Assembly: GCF_018977255.1 (NCBI RefSeq)
Contig: NW_024704743.1
Coordinates: forward strand, 90,460,001-90,524,000
Reading direction: 5' to 3'
From: Callorhinchus milii
Taxonomy: Eukaryota
DNA length: 64,000 nt
Positions 51,636 to 64,000 of this stretch are shown piece after piece. Numbering within the stretch: position 1 is the stretch's first letter; every line of letters starts with the position of its first letter. A program made the position numbers and the translations under genes. The notes under the pieces are model-generated. The model was not told the DNA's origin, made no database searches, and saw only the letters and a program-made list of their open reading frames with translations.

Positions 51636-53521
51636 TGAAGTGGGACAGTTTTCCGACTTGTTAGCTCTCATATGTAAAATATTCCCCAAAATCCCAGTGA
51701 ATACTGCAATAAAACTTATTCAAACCTCCTCTGTCACAGTTACTATATATGCAGGATCGATATTATCGCATGTGTTCATTTCGACATGCACAAATAATAA
51801 TATAATAATAATCCTTGCATTTCCTTGTGTTCACGTTGGACAGGCACAAATAAATGTACAAGACAATAAACTGGGTCTTTAAAGCCAATTTCAAATTGGA
51901 AGCAGAAGCACTATAGAGATATTTTAAAAAGCCCTCAGAATTAAATATAATCAGTGCTCAATATTAATCAAGTACAAAAATTGTACTTAAAAATTATGTC
52001 ACCTACGAAACCATTTGTGGCAGAAAAACATCAAAGTGAATAAACTCTCACCAAACCTCTTTCCAGCATAGTCAGTGCAAATAAAAACAGTGTCATGCTT
52101 CACAGCTCATTCATTCAACCTATGGATAAGTGTTGCCCAGAGAAAGATTAAATCCCTCTCAGCAGCCAAATCAAATAGCATTGCTTTGTGAATCTCTATT
52201 TGGGATACAATCGTGAAAATGTGACATGCAATAATGTGGCTAGCATTGGTGATAATTATTACATCAGACATTTCCAGGCAATTCTTATAATCTTTTGGAG
52301 TTCCTCCTCACACACACACTCTTTAATTTTAGTCACAAAAGCTGAGCCCGAAGAAACCTGCGCCATTACCAGCCCACACAAGTCTGGCATTTATGTGCCT
52401 TTGTTTTTTTTCTTCTGTCACAACTTTTACCCCACGGTGGATTTAAAAATATCAAGAAACACTCAACATTACATTTCTCATGCGCATCTTCATCAAGCTG
52501 CAGAAAGGCAGAATTATTTGAATGAACATCAGCCATCATTCTTTCCTGGTGAATTCAAACAAAACCTAGCCTTTGTAAGAAGGCTGGAGGACAAGTTACA
52601 AAGTGAAGCATTTGGTTTTGCACTTTAGGCTCCTTTACTAATGTACACGAGCAATATTGGGTGGTAAAAGTGAAGCACAGCATGCCTAATGGATACTGCC
52701 TAATGTGCACTGCACGCAGCACAGACTGAATTTATAACTGATTTTGAATGATGCAGTCTGTCTCGCATATCTATTATTTCTAGATTCAAGTTGGTTTCAA
52801 GCGGATGTATGAGCAGTGCACAGTAGGAGTGAGATAAATGATCATTGCATTTGATATCGTGCCTTATCATGTCTCACCAGGCTTCCATAGCACGTGCGTA
52901 ATAATATTATTACTTATTGAATCTTTGACTGAATTCATCTCAACTAGGATGGCAGTGGGGATACTACAATTCTATTCAGTATCTTTGGGATGGAAAAGGG
53001 AAAAATCAACCAGACAATGTTTTGTTTATACAATAGAACTTCAATCTGGCACATAGCAAACATTGTTATCCAGTTGATCACTGCTGACATGTGTGTGATG
53101 GCAGGACTGGGCTTGTCTGAGAACTTCCTCATGCTTAAAAGACCTGCTATTGGTAAGGGTAAGAAAGTCCTCTTGCCAATAAATGTAGTGACTTTGATCA
53201 TAGTCCCCAAATTGCAATATGGGCAACATGATTTTGCATAATGATCCCAGATATATTGCAGGCAACCTTCTGCAAATCTGCTCAGATAATGGAAGTCAAA
53301 AATGGGATTGGGCATTCAAGTGGGGTTCCCGAGAGTTGGTCAATGACTCATTTAGGATCTGCTAGTTACAATTATTTTTGCAAAATTTGCAATTATGTGT
53401 GCTAACAATGGGAAAACCTAGTCATACATGCACATCGTCAAAGTGACAAGAAGAACTATACCTCTCAGCGTCGAGGCTCACACTTGAAGATCAGACACTG
53501 GCAAGACACCAGCAGATCCTA

Positions 53522-53892
53522 TAATAATCTTTGCATTTGATGTAGTGCCTTGTCACGTCTTCGAGACATTTCAAAGCGCTTCACAGAATATACTGTAAAG
53601 TAAATTGACTGCATATTTTGTGGGTGAAATGCAGTAGCTAATTGCACACAGCAGTGTTCCACAAACAGTCGTGGATTGAGTTACCACNTTTTTTTAATAT
53701 ATATATTTTTGTAAAAAGTGTTTATTACCCCGGAAAAGTAATCCAACAATCGACTAATAACCGGGTTCCCACTCACTGCTAGGTAAACAGAGGTGTGTGG
53801 AGTAAGGAAACTTGCCCAACGTTTTGCCCTGCCTGGGAATCAAACCCAGGTCCTCTTGTTTGCGAGGCGAGTGCTCTAACAACTAGTGTCGG
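53522..53892 (-). mobile_element. Family B SINE, near full length, about 380 nt downstream of the BAALC stop codon
   Basis: Reverse complement shows the tRNA head (gcactcgcctcgcaaacaagaggacctgggtttgattccc), body and tail. Confidence 0.85.
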
Positions 53893-54268
53893 GTGAAGCA
53901 GCCTATGTAGATCTATCCAAGATGATGCAGTCTCTCTAACTCATGTAAAATTGTAACCTTTGACTGGATCTGAACACAAAATCAGTGGATCTGTTGGAAA
54001 GCCATCGCACATGTATCACCTTACCTAGTCTTTGAACGTACAGTGATTCAGAATTCCCAGCCAACATCATACATGGATTAGTGCTGTCTCGGTCACTGAA
54101 TTTTCAATGGTTGTTTCTCAAGGCACACAGAAATAATCATTTGTTCTGTTCAGCTTTGAAGGTTTTACCATTTCATTAGGAAAGGCATCCTGTAGGGATG
54201 GATCCAGTTTAAAGTGCAGACTAGTATTGATCTCTCTCTCCTGTAAGACCCTGGGTTAATTGCTTTGT

Positions 54269-54364
54269 TTACTTAACATAGCTGTCCATTCCTCTTCTGT
54301 CTGGGTCAATCGGTCCCTTAATGCTGGCTTCTTTTGCTGACATTCTGCTGGCATCCAGTTTTCT
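54269..54364 (-). CDS. BAALC: BAALC terminal coding exon
   Basis: Acceptor ttcttccttatttgaaag|AGA; 96 nt encoding RKLDASRMSAKEASIKGPIDPDRRGMDSYVK* (TAA at 54271-54269). Aligns with the recalled human BAALC C-terminus AKRDAKRMPAKEVTI. Phase 0 matches the upstream exon, and the position upstream of FZD6 is syntenic. Confidence 0.85.
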   Translation of the reverse strand, partial: RKLDASRMSAKEASIKGPIDPDRRGMDSYVK

Positions 54365-57300
54365 CTTTCAAATAAGGAAGAAACACATTAGGTTTACAAA
54401 GGATTCAAAAGCCATATTAATGTAAACAATTCTTATATGCTGTCTAATGAACATGCCCGAGCTTTCTATCAATTTGACACTCATTTGGATGAAATGCATT
54501 GCACGGAAATTGAAAATAATGGACACTAAACATGAATTACAAGACTGATCTAATTGAGAGCAACCATGGCAGCAAACAAGTGATTTTAAACCCATCTAAA
54601 TCCCAAGAAATGATTTGCAGCTTTGAATTCATTCATTGGTATGTATATATCACGATATATATAATATATAGTAGTAGAATCACTGTTAAAGAACAAAATA
54701 CAAAAAGGAATATCTAGATATAGATATAATATATACACACATTTCTTTCTTGGTTTTGTATCTTGTCCTTTAACAGTGATTCTACTACTGATAACGAAAG
54801 AAACATATTACACCTTAGATGTCTGGGCTTTGGGACATCGGTAACAAACCTTTTAAAGATTTTGAATCTCCTGTTGATTATTCAGATTTACCACCACCAG
54901 TTCAGGGCACTGCTGAGTGGTGATGCATTTTAGGAGATCATTAATGAGTTGCTCTCATAAAATGCCAGTGGTGATGACATCTACTGATTGCCTTTTCAAC
55001 AAATGAAATGCCATAATGCCCACAAATGATCCAATGCCATATCATTAAAGATACAATCATGTGCAGTAGAATTTCAGATTTCTAAAGTACACAACAAGGC
55101 TGCAACACACAAAAAAAAATCAGATGAGAGCAGAGACCCACAGCAATCTGTAGCACAGGAGGAGCCCATTATATTTGTGTGAATAACACACAGCCACAAT
55201 GCAACTCAGATTAGCAGGAGTAAAAGGTTAAGAAATGTATGAACATGCAGACCCAGAAAGTGGCATTTCTTTTGTTCATTATAATATCTACAACCTTCTG
55301 TTCCATTAATAGGTGTCAGCTTGGCTCAGTCGTTAACACACTTGCCTTTGGGTCTGAAGGTTATGGGTTCAAGCTCCTACTCTAGGTTGACGCTGAAGTG
55401 ATGGGAATGCTGCATTGTCAGAGGTTCCACCTCTCAGAGGAGACATTTACCAAGATACTAAAGATCCTGTAAAAATTCGGCTCATCATGTCTGTGTCGGC
55501 TCTTTGTCCCATTTACCTGCAGTTTATTAATTTTTAATGTTTTCACCTGCCGCCTCTCTGCCTGATCTAGTTTGTTATGTACTCCTGAAGTTGCTTACAA
55601 TCTTCACACTGTTCGCTACACTCCCTTAGTTTTGCATAATCAACAAACTTAGAAATGGAGCCCAATACCAGAATCTAGATCATACATGGGTCCAAGAAGA
55701 TGTCATGCAAACTTATGGAAAATTCCTCAAACACAATCTACTTTTAAACAGAGTTCTCACAAGTTACAATGATCTGTGTGGTACATAATCTGGTTGCCAG
55801 GATCCCCCTTGGATTTTTAAAGGAATCTAAGTTGCAATGGCAGAGTTTGAAACCCCAAATGTTCATTCCAGTGAGTTGACTTCACTAACCCTGTAGCTTT
55901 ACGAAATATACCACAGAGAATTAAATAATAATTTCCTAACATTAATTTGATTGTGGAGAGTTCCAGAAATGTTTATGGGAGTTTGGCGTGCCAATATTTA
56001 ATTCCGAGTGGAGAGAGCAATTGCTCCTCATTCAAAGTTGACACTCATTGACTTGCTTCTGTCTCACTTGTTAACTTGGGCTGGATATAAACTGTTATAG
56101 GATTAGTGACTGGTTTACAGGGAGAAAATAATTGCATGCTCAACTGTTTTGATTGTGTGCTGCCCCTACAATCATGAAGATGGACCTTGGGAAGACCTTG
56201 GGAAGCCCATATGGTTGGGGGAGGGTGAAAGTTGTCTGAGCCAGCCATTGCTGCTGTCTTGAACTTTTTCCTGTTGGGTGAAGTACAATCATTATGTGGA
56301 ACCCTAGGTAGAATGACCGCAGTTAAGACAATTATATGCCCACACACACCATTAGATTGTTTCCCACAAACTTTTAGCTCCTGTAATTAAATGCTAGCAA
56401 AAAGGGAGATTGAATTTGTCAGCTCTCCAGGCTCGACAATCCTGATGGTGTTGCCATAGCGACATGGATCTCAAACAAGCTTTTGGGGTTTGTTATTCTC
56501 ACTGCAACGCACTGGGTATCCACACATTGAGGCTTTAGGACATTATCCCTGCTCGGGTCCAAATCCCTGACTGTCCAGCGCCTTGGGAAATCCTCCCAAC
56601 ATGAAAGGTGCTATACAAATGTAATTTTGTATTGTATTAACTCATGTCACAAAACCAGGTCAAGTCTAAAATCCCACAGTAACGAGAAAGATGATTTAAT
56701 GAAAACTGAGAGACTCGAATCTCGTTCAATATAACTGATGCAGTCAGGCGCTGCTTGAACTGAATGAACTATACACAAATTGATTATGTTCAATTAGGTG
56801 TTCAATGTATCGTTAAAGGGGCACACTGCAATTTTTTTTCTCTTAAATGCTGTTATAAGGTGGTGGGCAAAGTGAAGCTTCTTTGCTAACCTAACCCTAC
56901 AAGAAAACAGTTCTAGGTATTCCCACTATCCCCAACAGTAAGACAGCAGATGACGTCTTATTGAAACAACAATGACATTGAAGCTGTCATCACAGATATC
57001 AAGGAAGATCAATGGCCAGAAAATGTAAGTAATTTGGAAGAGAGTACATACAGGTACACGCAATTATTTAGGTATTGCTGTCAGAGTTTGGGATTCTGCC
57101 CTGCAGATAATATCAATGTTTGGCTGAGGTTGTTGACAGCAGTGAAAAATAGCAACTGTACTATAGGTTTACTGCCAACACATTGGGTAAACCAACTCAA
57201 GGGCAAACCAAGCAACTAAGGGAGAACCAGGCATTAGTGGTTTCGGGCAACAAGTAGCATCAACTGGATTATGCCTAGAGAAGAAAATGTCTCCAGGGAC

Positions 57301-57445
57301 CTTGTTTACAACCCAATGATTTGTTGCACAGAAATCATCAATAATTACATCAATTAAACATACATTTGCAGATCAAAACAAAATCATTTAATTTTAGCAT
57401 TTCAGCGAGAAAACAATTAAAAAGTGCTGAAGTTTATAAAGTTAC

Positions 57446-57630
57446 CTCGTCTGTTCTGAAAAGATGCTTCTTCAGTTTTGAAGATGCTGGTACGTGGGTT
57501 TGGTGCTGGATGTTCACTTTATGCGTGTCTGTTCCAATCGTAGATGTCTTTTTATCAGCACTCACTTTTTCACACGTGCTAGATGACACAGTGACACGAG
57601 TATGAGTTTGAGTTCCCTCTTCCATTGTAC
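57446..57630 (-). CDS. BAALC: BAALC internal coding exon
   Basis: Acceptor ttttgattag|GT ACA ATG GAA GAG GGA and donor ACA GAC GAG|gtaact; 185 nt, phase 1 to phase 0. (G)TMEEGTQ...DKKTS...FRTDE resembles recalled human exon (G)MLEDG...EKKTN...LQTTE in ends and phases. Confidence 0.8.
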
Positions 57631-59237
57631 CTAATCAAAAGGAGGATTTTGTTTAAGGCTCTGGGTGACTTCAGTGAGTAAATAAAAATGATAAATATGC
57701 AATGTTGCACAATGTGCATTGTTTATTTCATGCACACAATAGGGTTGATCCATAATCAATTATATATTTACATTGATTATTTAAAGAGGTGGAGATCAAA
57801 GACTAACACAATGATGTGATTTATCAACAATGCTGATATCAAGCTCCCAGAAACATTTCTGGAACTCTTCCTAATTATGTGCTAAGGTTTCCCTGGTTGG
57901 TTCCCTTTGCTTTTCAAACATCTCAAAGTGCTTTACAAAGATGAAGAGGGTACAAAGCTGGGAGGGATAGAGAGGGTAGGGGCAGGTACCTGAGATGGGT
58001 CTTTAGATAGGTTCTGAAAGTTCAGAGGGAGAGAGAGAGAGAGGGGTAGGCTTTAAGGTGGAACTTAGAGACTGAGAGGGGGAGAGACAGAGAGGTACAG
58101 AGGTTCGGAGTGTGGAATCTGAAGGCTCAGTGACTGATGGTGGTGTAGAGTGAGTGAGGAACATGCAGCAAGCCTAAGCTGAGCGGAGAGGTGAGCTGAA
58201 GTGTGGGGTAGGAGAAATCAGAGAGCGGGATCAGTGGAGAAAGAAATTGGAGATCCTCAGTCGTGAGCTGAGATAGTCCCGGTTTTCAAAAGAGAGAGAC
58301 AGACTCAGGAATAGAGAGTGAAATTATCAAGTGCTCAGGAGCTTAGAGAGGATTTCTAGAAACGCATAAAGGAAGAAAAACATCACATTGGATTAAAAAA
58401 AATGTTATTTCGCCTTACAACAGAATAACAAGGCAACATCAAGCCCAGACACAGTTAATTTTCAATTAACAGTAACCCTTGAAATAGTATATATTATACT
58501 GATCTAATTATAGCAGTAGGAACATACGAGAAACAAGAACACGAGGCCATTAAGCCCATCGAGCCTGTTTCACAAACTTATAAGATTTAGAGCTCTGGTC
58601 AACAATGGGTCCCAATGAGCAGATGCTCCTCAAATTGAAATCCCTCCAACTCTACTGTCCTTGTCCTCACTTGTACTAGGCTCCGCACCCTTCATCGCCC
58701 CAGTGCTTGCCAGGCTTCACTAGCTCCTTGTTGCAGAACAGATGGATTTTAAGAATCCCCACTCTGACTTTCACCCGCTGGCACTCTATGCCTTAACCCC
58801 TCTATCTTTCCCCCTCTTTGCCCGTCTTCAAATCACACCTGAAGACTTTTTTCTTCAACCGTGCCTTCGGTCACCTCTCCTCACTTTCCAGCTCAGCATT
58901 AAGCCATTCTGCTGTTAAGCACTCCTAGAAGCTACTCATGTGGAGGGCGCTATATAAATGCAAGATACAAGTTGCAGTTGTAGTAGCTCCCGATCTCAAT
59001 CAGGGGCTGAGAGAGGGTAACTCTGAAAAAAATACACAATCAATACATTTCACAGTAAATCCTGCGAAGGGCTTTGAGAGAGCCTCCCAACATGAAAGCT
59101 ACTAGGTCAAATGCAAGGCTTATTCTTTTAAAAAAAAAACATTCCTCAGACTTCCCTTGAATATTTCCAAGCAGAGGGTTGATAAGAAGCATAAACAGAA
59201 CTCTGGGAGCAGTTCACCTGCTCTGACACTTAAATGC

Positions 59238-59655
59238 AATAATCCTTGCATTTGATATAGGATCTCATCACGTTGTTGAGGTGTCTCAAACCACTTCACA
59301 GGACTGTGTATTTTGTGGGTGGAACACAACAGCTAGTTGCACACCACAATATCCCACAAACAGCGAGTGACCAGTGGTGACTGACCAATTTTATTTAGGG
59401 GACTGTTGGCCAGGCCAGCGGGAGAAATTCCCTTCTCTTTTCGAATAGTGCCATGGGGTCTTTAACATCCACCTGAACGGGCAGATGGCACCTCGGTGTA
59501 ACGTCTCATCTGAAGGACAGCACCTCCAACAATATAACACTACACCAGTACTGCATAGGAATGTCATCTTAGACTATGTTGTCCAGGTCCCCATGTAGAG
59601 CTTGAACCCACAAACCCTGACTCACAGGCGAGAGTCCTGCCACTGTGCTAGGCTA
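59238..59655 (-). mobile_element. Family A (Deu) SINE, near full length, in a BAALC intron
   Basis: Collinear with the other family A copies. Confidence 0.75.
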
Positions 59656-59824
59656 TTATATGATAGATGAATGTTCTATACATCTATCAATAAATCTTTC
59701 CTTGTATTTTTTATAATGACATTTGCCAAAATGTAATGCCTTGAATAGATGATAATGTCCTGTAATCTGACATATAATATACATAGAAACAGGAGTAGGC
59801 TATTCAGCCCCTCGAGCCCCTTCA

Positions 59825-60322
59825 GTCTCAACTACAAAAACTCCCTGCTTGTCGGCCTCCCCAACTCCTCCCTCCATAGGTTGCAGATCATCCAGAACTC
59901 TGCAGCCCGTATCCTCTCCCGCACCAGGTTCCATGAGCCTATCACCTCCATCCACGCCCAACTCCACTGGCTTCTCATCAAACAGAGGATAAAGTTCAAG
60001 ATCCTGGTCCTCACTTTCAAAGCCCTCCATGGCCTTACTCCCACCTACCTCTGCAAACTCCTGTCTCGCTACCAACTTGCCCGCTCCCTCTGCTCAGTGG
60101 GCCCCGGCCTGCTTCACGTCCCCCACCTCACCCACCCACCATTGGCAGACAGGCCACTCTGCCCCCACCCTCTGGAACTCCATCCCGCAGTCCCTCCGCC
60201 TCACCGCAGTCCCTTGCCTCCTTCAAGACCCATCTCAAGACCCTCCTCTTCGACTGTGCCTTCGGTCACTCTCTTTTCCCCCCATCCCACCCTCCCCTCC
60301 CCAAAAGGCACTATACAAATGT
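59825..60322 (+). mobile_element. L2 3' fragment nested inside an antisense CR1 3' end
   Basis: NSLLVGLP...IIQNSAARIL...LHWLLIKQRIKFKIL; CR1 tail sequence resumes on both sides. Confidence 0.85.
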
Positions 60323-60670
60323 ATAAAATCATGGCTGATCTGTACCTCAACTCCAATTACCTGCCCTTGCCCCGTATCCCTTAATACCCTGACCTAACAA
60401 ACATCTATCCACCTCAGCCTTGATAATGTAAATGAGTCCAGCATCTACAGCCTTTTGGGAGAGGGAGTTCCAGATTTCCACTACCCTTTGGGTGAAGGAC
60501 TGCCTCCTAGTTTCACTCCTAAATTTCTCTATATCTACCCTATTGAATCCCTTTATTATTTTAAAAACCTCAATCAGATCACCCCTCAACCTTCTAAACT
60601 CAAGGGAATAGAGACCAAGTTTATGCAACTTGTCCTCATAATTTAACCCTTTTACCCCTGGTACCATTCT
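60323..60670 (-). mobile_element. CR1-clade LINE 3' fragment (its tail lies at about 59775-59825)
   Basis: MVPGVKGLNYEDKLHKLGLYSLEFRRLRGDLIEVFKIIKG...RVVEIWNSL. Confidence 0.9.
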
Positions 60671-60892
60671 GGGGAATGATGGCTGCTACACCCACATTGT
60701 TCTGTTCAGTGTTACTGTGCAGGCGATTGACAAGCTGATGCATTTTCGTGATGTAATACACCGGGTAAAGGAGACGTAAACAGTAAGTATGGCTTCTGTA
60801 GGTAACAGAACATGTCGACATTCCAGTAATTCTCCAGAAACTGATTGAGCTGCGTGACTCCGTCTGCAGCCTTGGGCAGCTCTTCCATATTG

Positions 60893-61088
60893 CCTCCAAA
60901 AAAAAAACAATAATAAATTGGTCATTTTTCAATCCATGACTGTTTGTGGGACATTGCTGTGCGCAATTGGCTGCCGCATTTGCCCACAAATATACAGTCA
61001 ATTCATTTTACAGTATATTCTGTGAAGCGCTTTGGGACGTCTAGAAGACGTGAAAAGCGCTATATCAAATGCAAGGATTATTATTATT
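60893..61088 (+). mobile_element. Family B SINE 3' fragment
   Basis: Shared 3' half and (TTA)n tail. Confidence 0.8.
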
Positions 61089-63494
61089 GCGATGCTGCTA
61101 AATAGCAGGAGCTCATTAATCTCACTAACAGACAGAGACAGAGGACAACATCACATGTTAGGGTGTGATTGGCTGTGTCACTTCTCACTTGCTGTATTTT
61201 TCTAGGGAAGATGTCCACCTCCCACAAAATATTAGCACAGTAAAACTCACAAGTCATATCAATAATAATTATTATTATTTGAGCACAAATAAACTGGTAT
61301 AAAACAAAAAACCAAACTGACATGAATTCTTCCAATGTGTGCCCTAAGGATTTTCGACTCCCAACATTTACCATGCTTACCAGAGGTTCACGTATGGGTT
61401 ACTGTAGGAGGCCATGGGTCATGCCCAGAAACAAACTTGCACCAGAGTTTTACAACAAAACAAACATTTATTTTGATAAGGAGGCTATTGTTTTTTTATA
61501 CAGCCATCTTCTCCAGACTCTTGCACTACTCTAGCACACAGCTATATATATATATATATACATGTATATAGTGATACAGATTCATTAACCGGTTGCGAGT
61601 GCTCAACTAGCGGTTAAGGCTGGAACTTCAAACAACCCTGACTGGAGTCCAGCCCTTGTAAGCTATCTTGATTGAAGCATTAAACGGAAAGTAGGGAATA
61701 TATAAATATAAATTAAATATCCCCTTGTTACAGTCAAACAAATGTTAGATTGCTGGATAGATCCCCACAGAAAGTAAATAAATCATAAAACAGCACCATA
61801 TGCCTTTTGTGAGGTGGAGGGAAAAAGGATACATTGACATTAGCTGTGGAGGAGAATTTTACCAAAGTGGATGAGTGAAATCATCTCCCTCTGAGAACTG
61901 TTGAGTCACAAGGAACAGGAGATTAAAGTGATTTCAGCCCACAGCTTACTGCTTCAGATAGGAGAACTGAGAAAATGCAAATCAGGTGAGAATCAAAGTG
62001 CAGAGGCAGTGTTGGCAGAAATGATCAAGTTACTTTGAAACCTAAAGTCACAGGATAACGATGGAAACTCCAGACCAGTTCATTTCTCTCTTTTAACTGA
62101 AAGGCTCTTCCAGTTTTGTAAAAAATTAATTGTTCTAATATTCCAATTAACAGAATAATTAAGAAACCTAAATGGTGCGCCTCTGTGGTATAATGACTAT
62201 AGTACATTGTACTCGGGAGTGTTACATAGAATAATTCTCCTCTCAGTTTCATTGACTATTTTTTAATATGGTGTGAATTTTTTTGTACATATTTATTTGA
62301 ATCATGGGGCACATTACAATGATACTTGGAGAAATTTGTGTGGAAATACATATTTCTACATGCTTTATGCATGTTCAAGACCATGTGATGTTGATAGATC
62401 TGAGTATAAAAGTAATCAAGTATCAAATTATTCACAAGGGCAGAAGAGATGACCTGGCCCTCAATCTCCCAAATAAAATTGGCTGGACATATCTTGGCTG
62501 TTTGTGGGCCATTGCTGTTTAATTAATACATTGGTATTAATTGTATGGAATTTGACAAACTAAACATTTTATTTTGGTTTGCGTTGGGGGTTGCAGTTGA
62601 GAGTCAAGATCACAATGGGATCACTCATTTGTGTAATATTTTTTAAAAGACTACTTTTTTAAAAGACAAAAAGTAGATTTCTCAGCATCTTGTGTACTGG
62701 AATAGGGCACAGGAACCTGAGTGAAGCAATAGAGCAAGTGCCTGATACACGGTGCACTGCAGCCCTTAGATTGCTTGAGGGCATCACTTTCAGATTAGGA
62801 TAGGATTGTTGGAACATGCCCCATTCATTGAGAATTTCACCCTGATACCAAGTCAATCAGCAAGCACAAACTCAACAATGTAACATTTCCTTGGATCTGG
62901 ATCTGCCTTGGAGGTGATCATAATGTGTTAGTAGAAACGTGAAAAGTCTGCAGTTTCCTATTAATATGGGTATCAGGAGAATACCATAATGAAGCAATTG
63001 CTTATTGTATTTGTCACAAATATATGAAAATGTCAAAGACAGGTGTTCTCCCATTTTGATTCATTTAAGACATAGATTAATTTCATCTATGCTGTCAGAA
63101 AATCTGAGGTCTGCTGATAGTCTTTCACGGCTAAACCAATTAAGAGTAAAATCAGAAAACATATTTTCATGCCGAGATTGTGAAAATGTGCAATTAACTT
63201 TCCCAGAAGGTTGAGACAATTAAAATATTTAAGAGGCAGGTGGTTGACATTTTGGAAGGCAGACGTAATAAATCGCAGATTAGCAATGATCTGCAGCATT
63301 GGAGGGAATACAGCCTAGATTTAAAAGGATGTTATGAGAGATGAGTGGATATGGTTATCAAGAAAGATTGGACAGGTTCTCTACAGTTGATCTGATCGAG
63401 GTGTTTAAGATTATGAAAGGATTAGATAAGGTTGAACCTCCAGAGTTGTGCCTCTTTTATGGTGTCTCTGGAGATGATGGGAAAACTTAATCTT

Positions 63495-63762
63495 ATCCCC
63501 ACCGGCCTTGGCAATGTGAGTGTTGTCAGGTCACTCAACTGTAGGGGGCGTCACAACCGAGCCTGACCTCTTTCCACTTGCCTGCCATACACCGATACAA
63601 TTAGCATAGGGTGCTGAAGAAAGCCAAGGGCTGGAACTCCTCGGCTGTTTCTCCCTCCGTGACCCAAGGAAGGCCGTGACCAATTTAGCCCCCCCAATTA
63701 GCCTTGCCTGAGACATGCAAACCCAGCATGGACCAGGATTCAAAACAGCGAGCTCCTAGTCC
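63495..63762 (-). mobile_element. Further old SINE-like family (related pieces near 3990-4180 +, 22830-23000 +, 39195-39345 -)
   Basis: Blocks shared among these loci, e.g. tgtga(t/c)(a/g)ccccc..gttga(a/g)t(a/g)acct...aacactcac and ggattcc(t/a)..tct. Family not named. Confidence 0.45.
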
Positions 63763-63859
63763 AACAGCAACAAAAATTAAATTTGTATAGCACCTTCCAC
63801 GGCGGGAGGACGTCCCAAGGCGCTGGACAATCAGTGTTTCGGAGCTGAGCTCAGGATAA

Positions 63860-64000
63860 ACATAACATAACATGTAGGAACAGGAGTAGGCCATTCGGCC
63901 CTTCGAGCCTGCCCCGCCATTCAATCATGGCTGATCTTCTAGTCTAACTCCAGCTAATAACCTGACCCTGCCTTATCCCCATATCCCTTAATCCCTTTTT
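63860..64000 (-). mobile_element. CR1 3' end, truncated by the window edge and preceded by an L2 tail
   Basis: ggaacaggagtaggccattcggcccttcgagcctgccccgccattcaat matches the 29405 copy. Confidence 0.8.

Noticed and set aside
52188..52628. 146-aa plus-strand ORF downstream of BAALC
   Set aside because: Non-ATG start, no recognisable domain and no clear splice context.
61403..61732. Solo LTR on the minus strand (TGTAAC...AATAAA...TACA)
   Set aside because: Termini and a poly(A) signal fit, but the flanks (ttac / gtca) show no target-site duplication and no second copy is present; unsupported without a repeat-library search.
57631..64000. BAALC exon 1
   Set aside because: No MGCGGS-like coding sequence or CpG island seen; presumably beyond the window.

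Overview
Eukaryotic, repeat-rich vertebrate genomic DNA. The repeat landscape (L2 and CR1 LINE fragments, Deu-type and tRNA-Ala SINEs, an LF-SINE-like copy, Penelope-type palindromes) suggests a cartilaginous fish, possibly a chimaera; this is inferred from recalled repeat consensuses. Two host genes lie on the minus strand, in the same order and orientation as human BAALC-FZD6. The first is the 5' half of Frizzled-6: coding exons at 10362-10550, 3744-3940 and 1473-2492, with a CpG/simple-repeat-rich promoter region near 12.0-12.8 kb; later exons fall before position 1. The second is the last two coding exons of BAALC (57446-57630 and 54269-54364); exon 1 lies beyond the window and the last exon is absent from the ORF track. 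As assembled, FZD6 has a 1-nt frameshift near 1648-1650, most likely an assembly error. The most unusual non-coding signals are: two TSD-flanked Penelope-like insertions carrying hammerhead-ribozyme cores (one with back-to-back cores on opposite strands); a tRNA-Ala SINE that appears to join a CORE-like domain to a Deu-SINE/L2 tail, including a variant with an anticodon-loop insert; an LF-SINE-like relic downstream of BAALC; and three near-perfect hairpins. I found no evidence of a new protein-coding system, virus or CRISPR array. Repeat boundaries are approximate.
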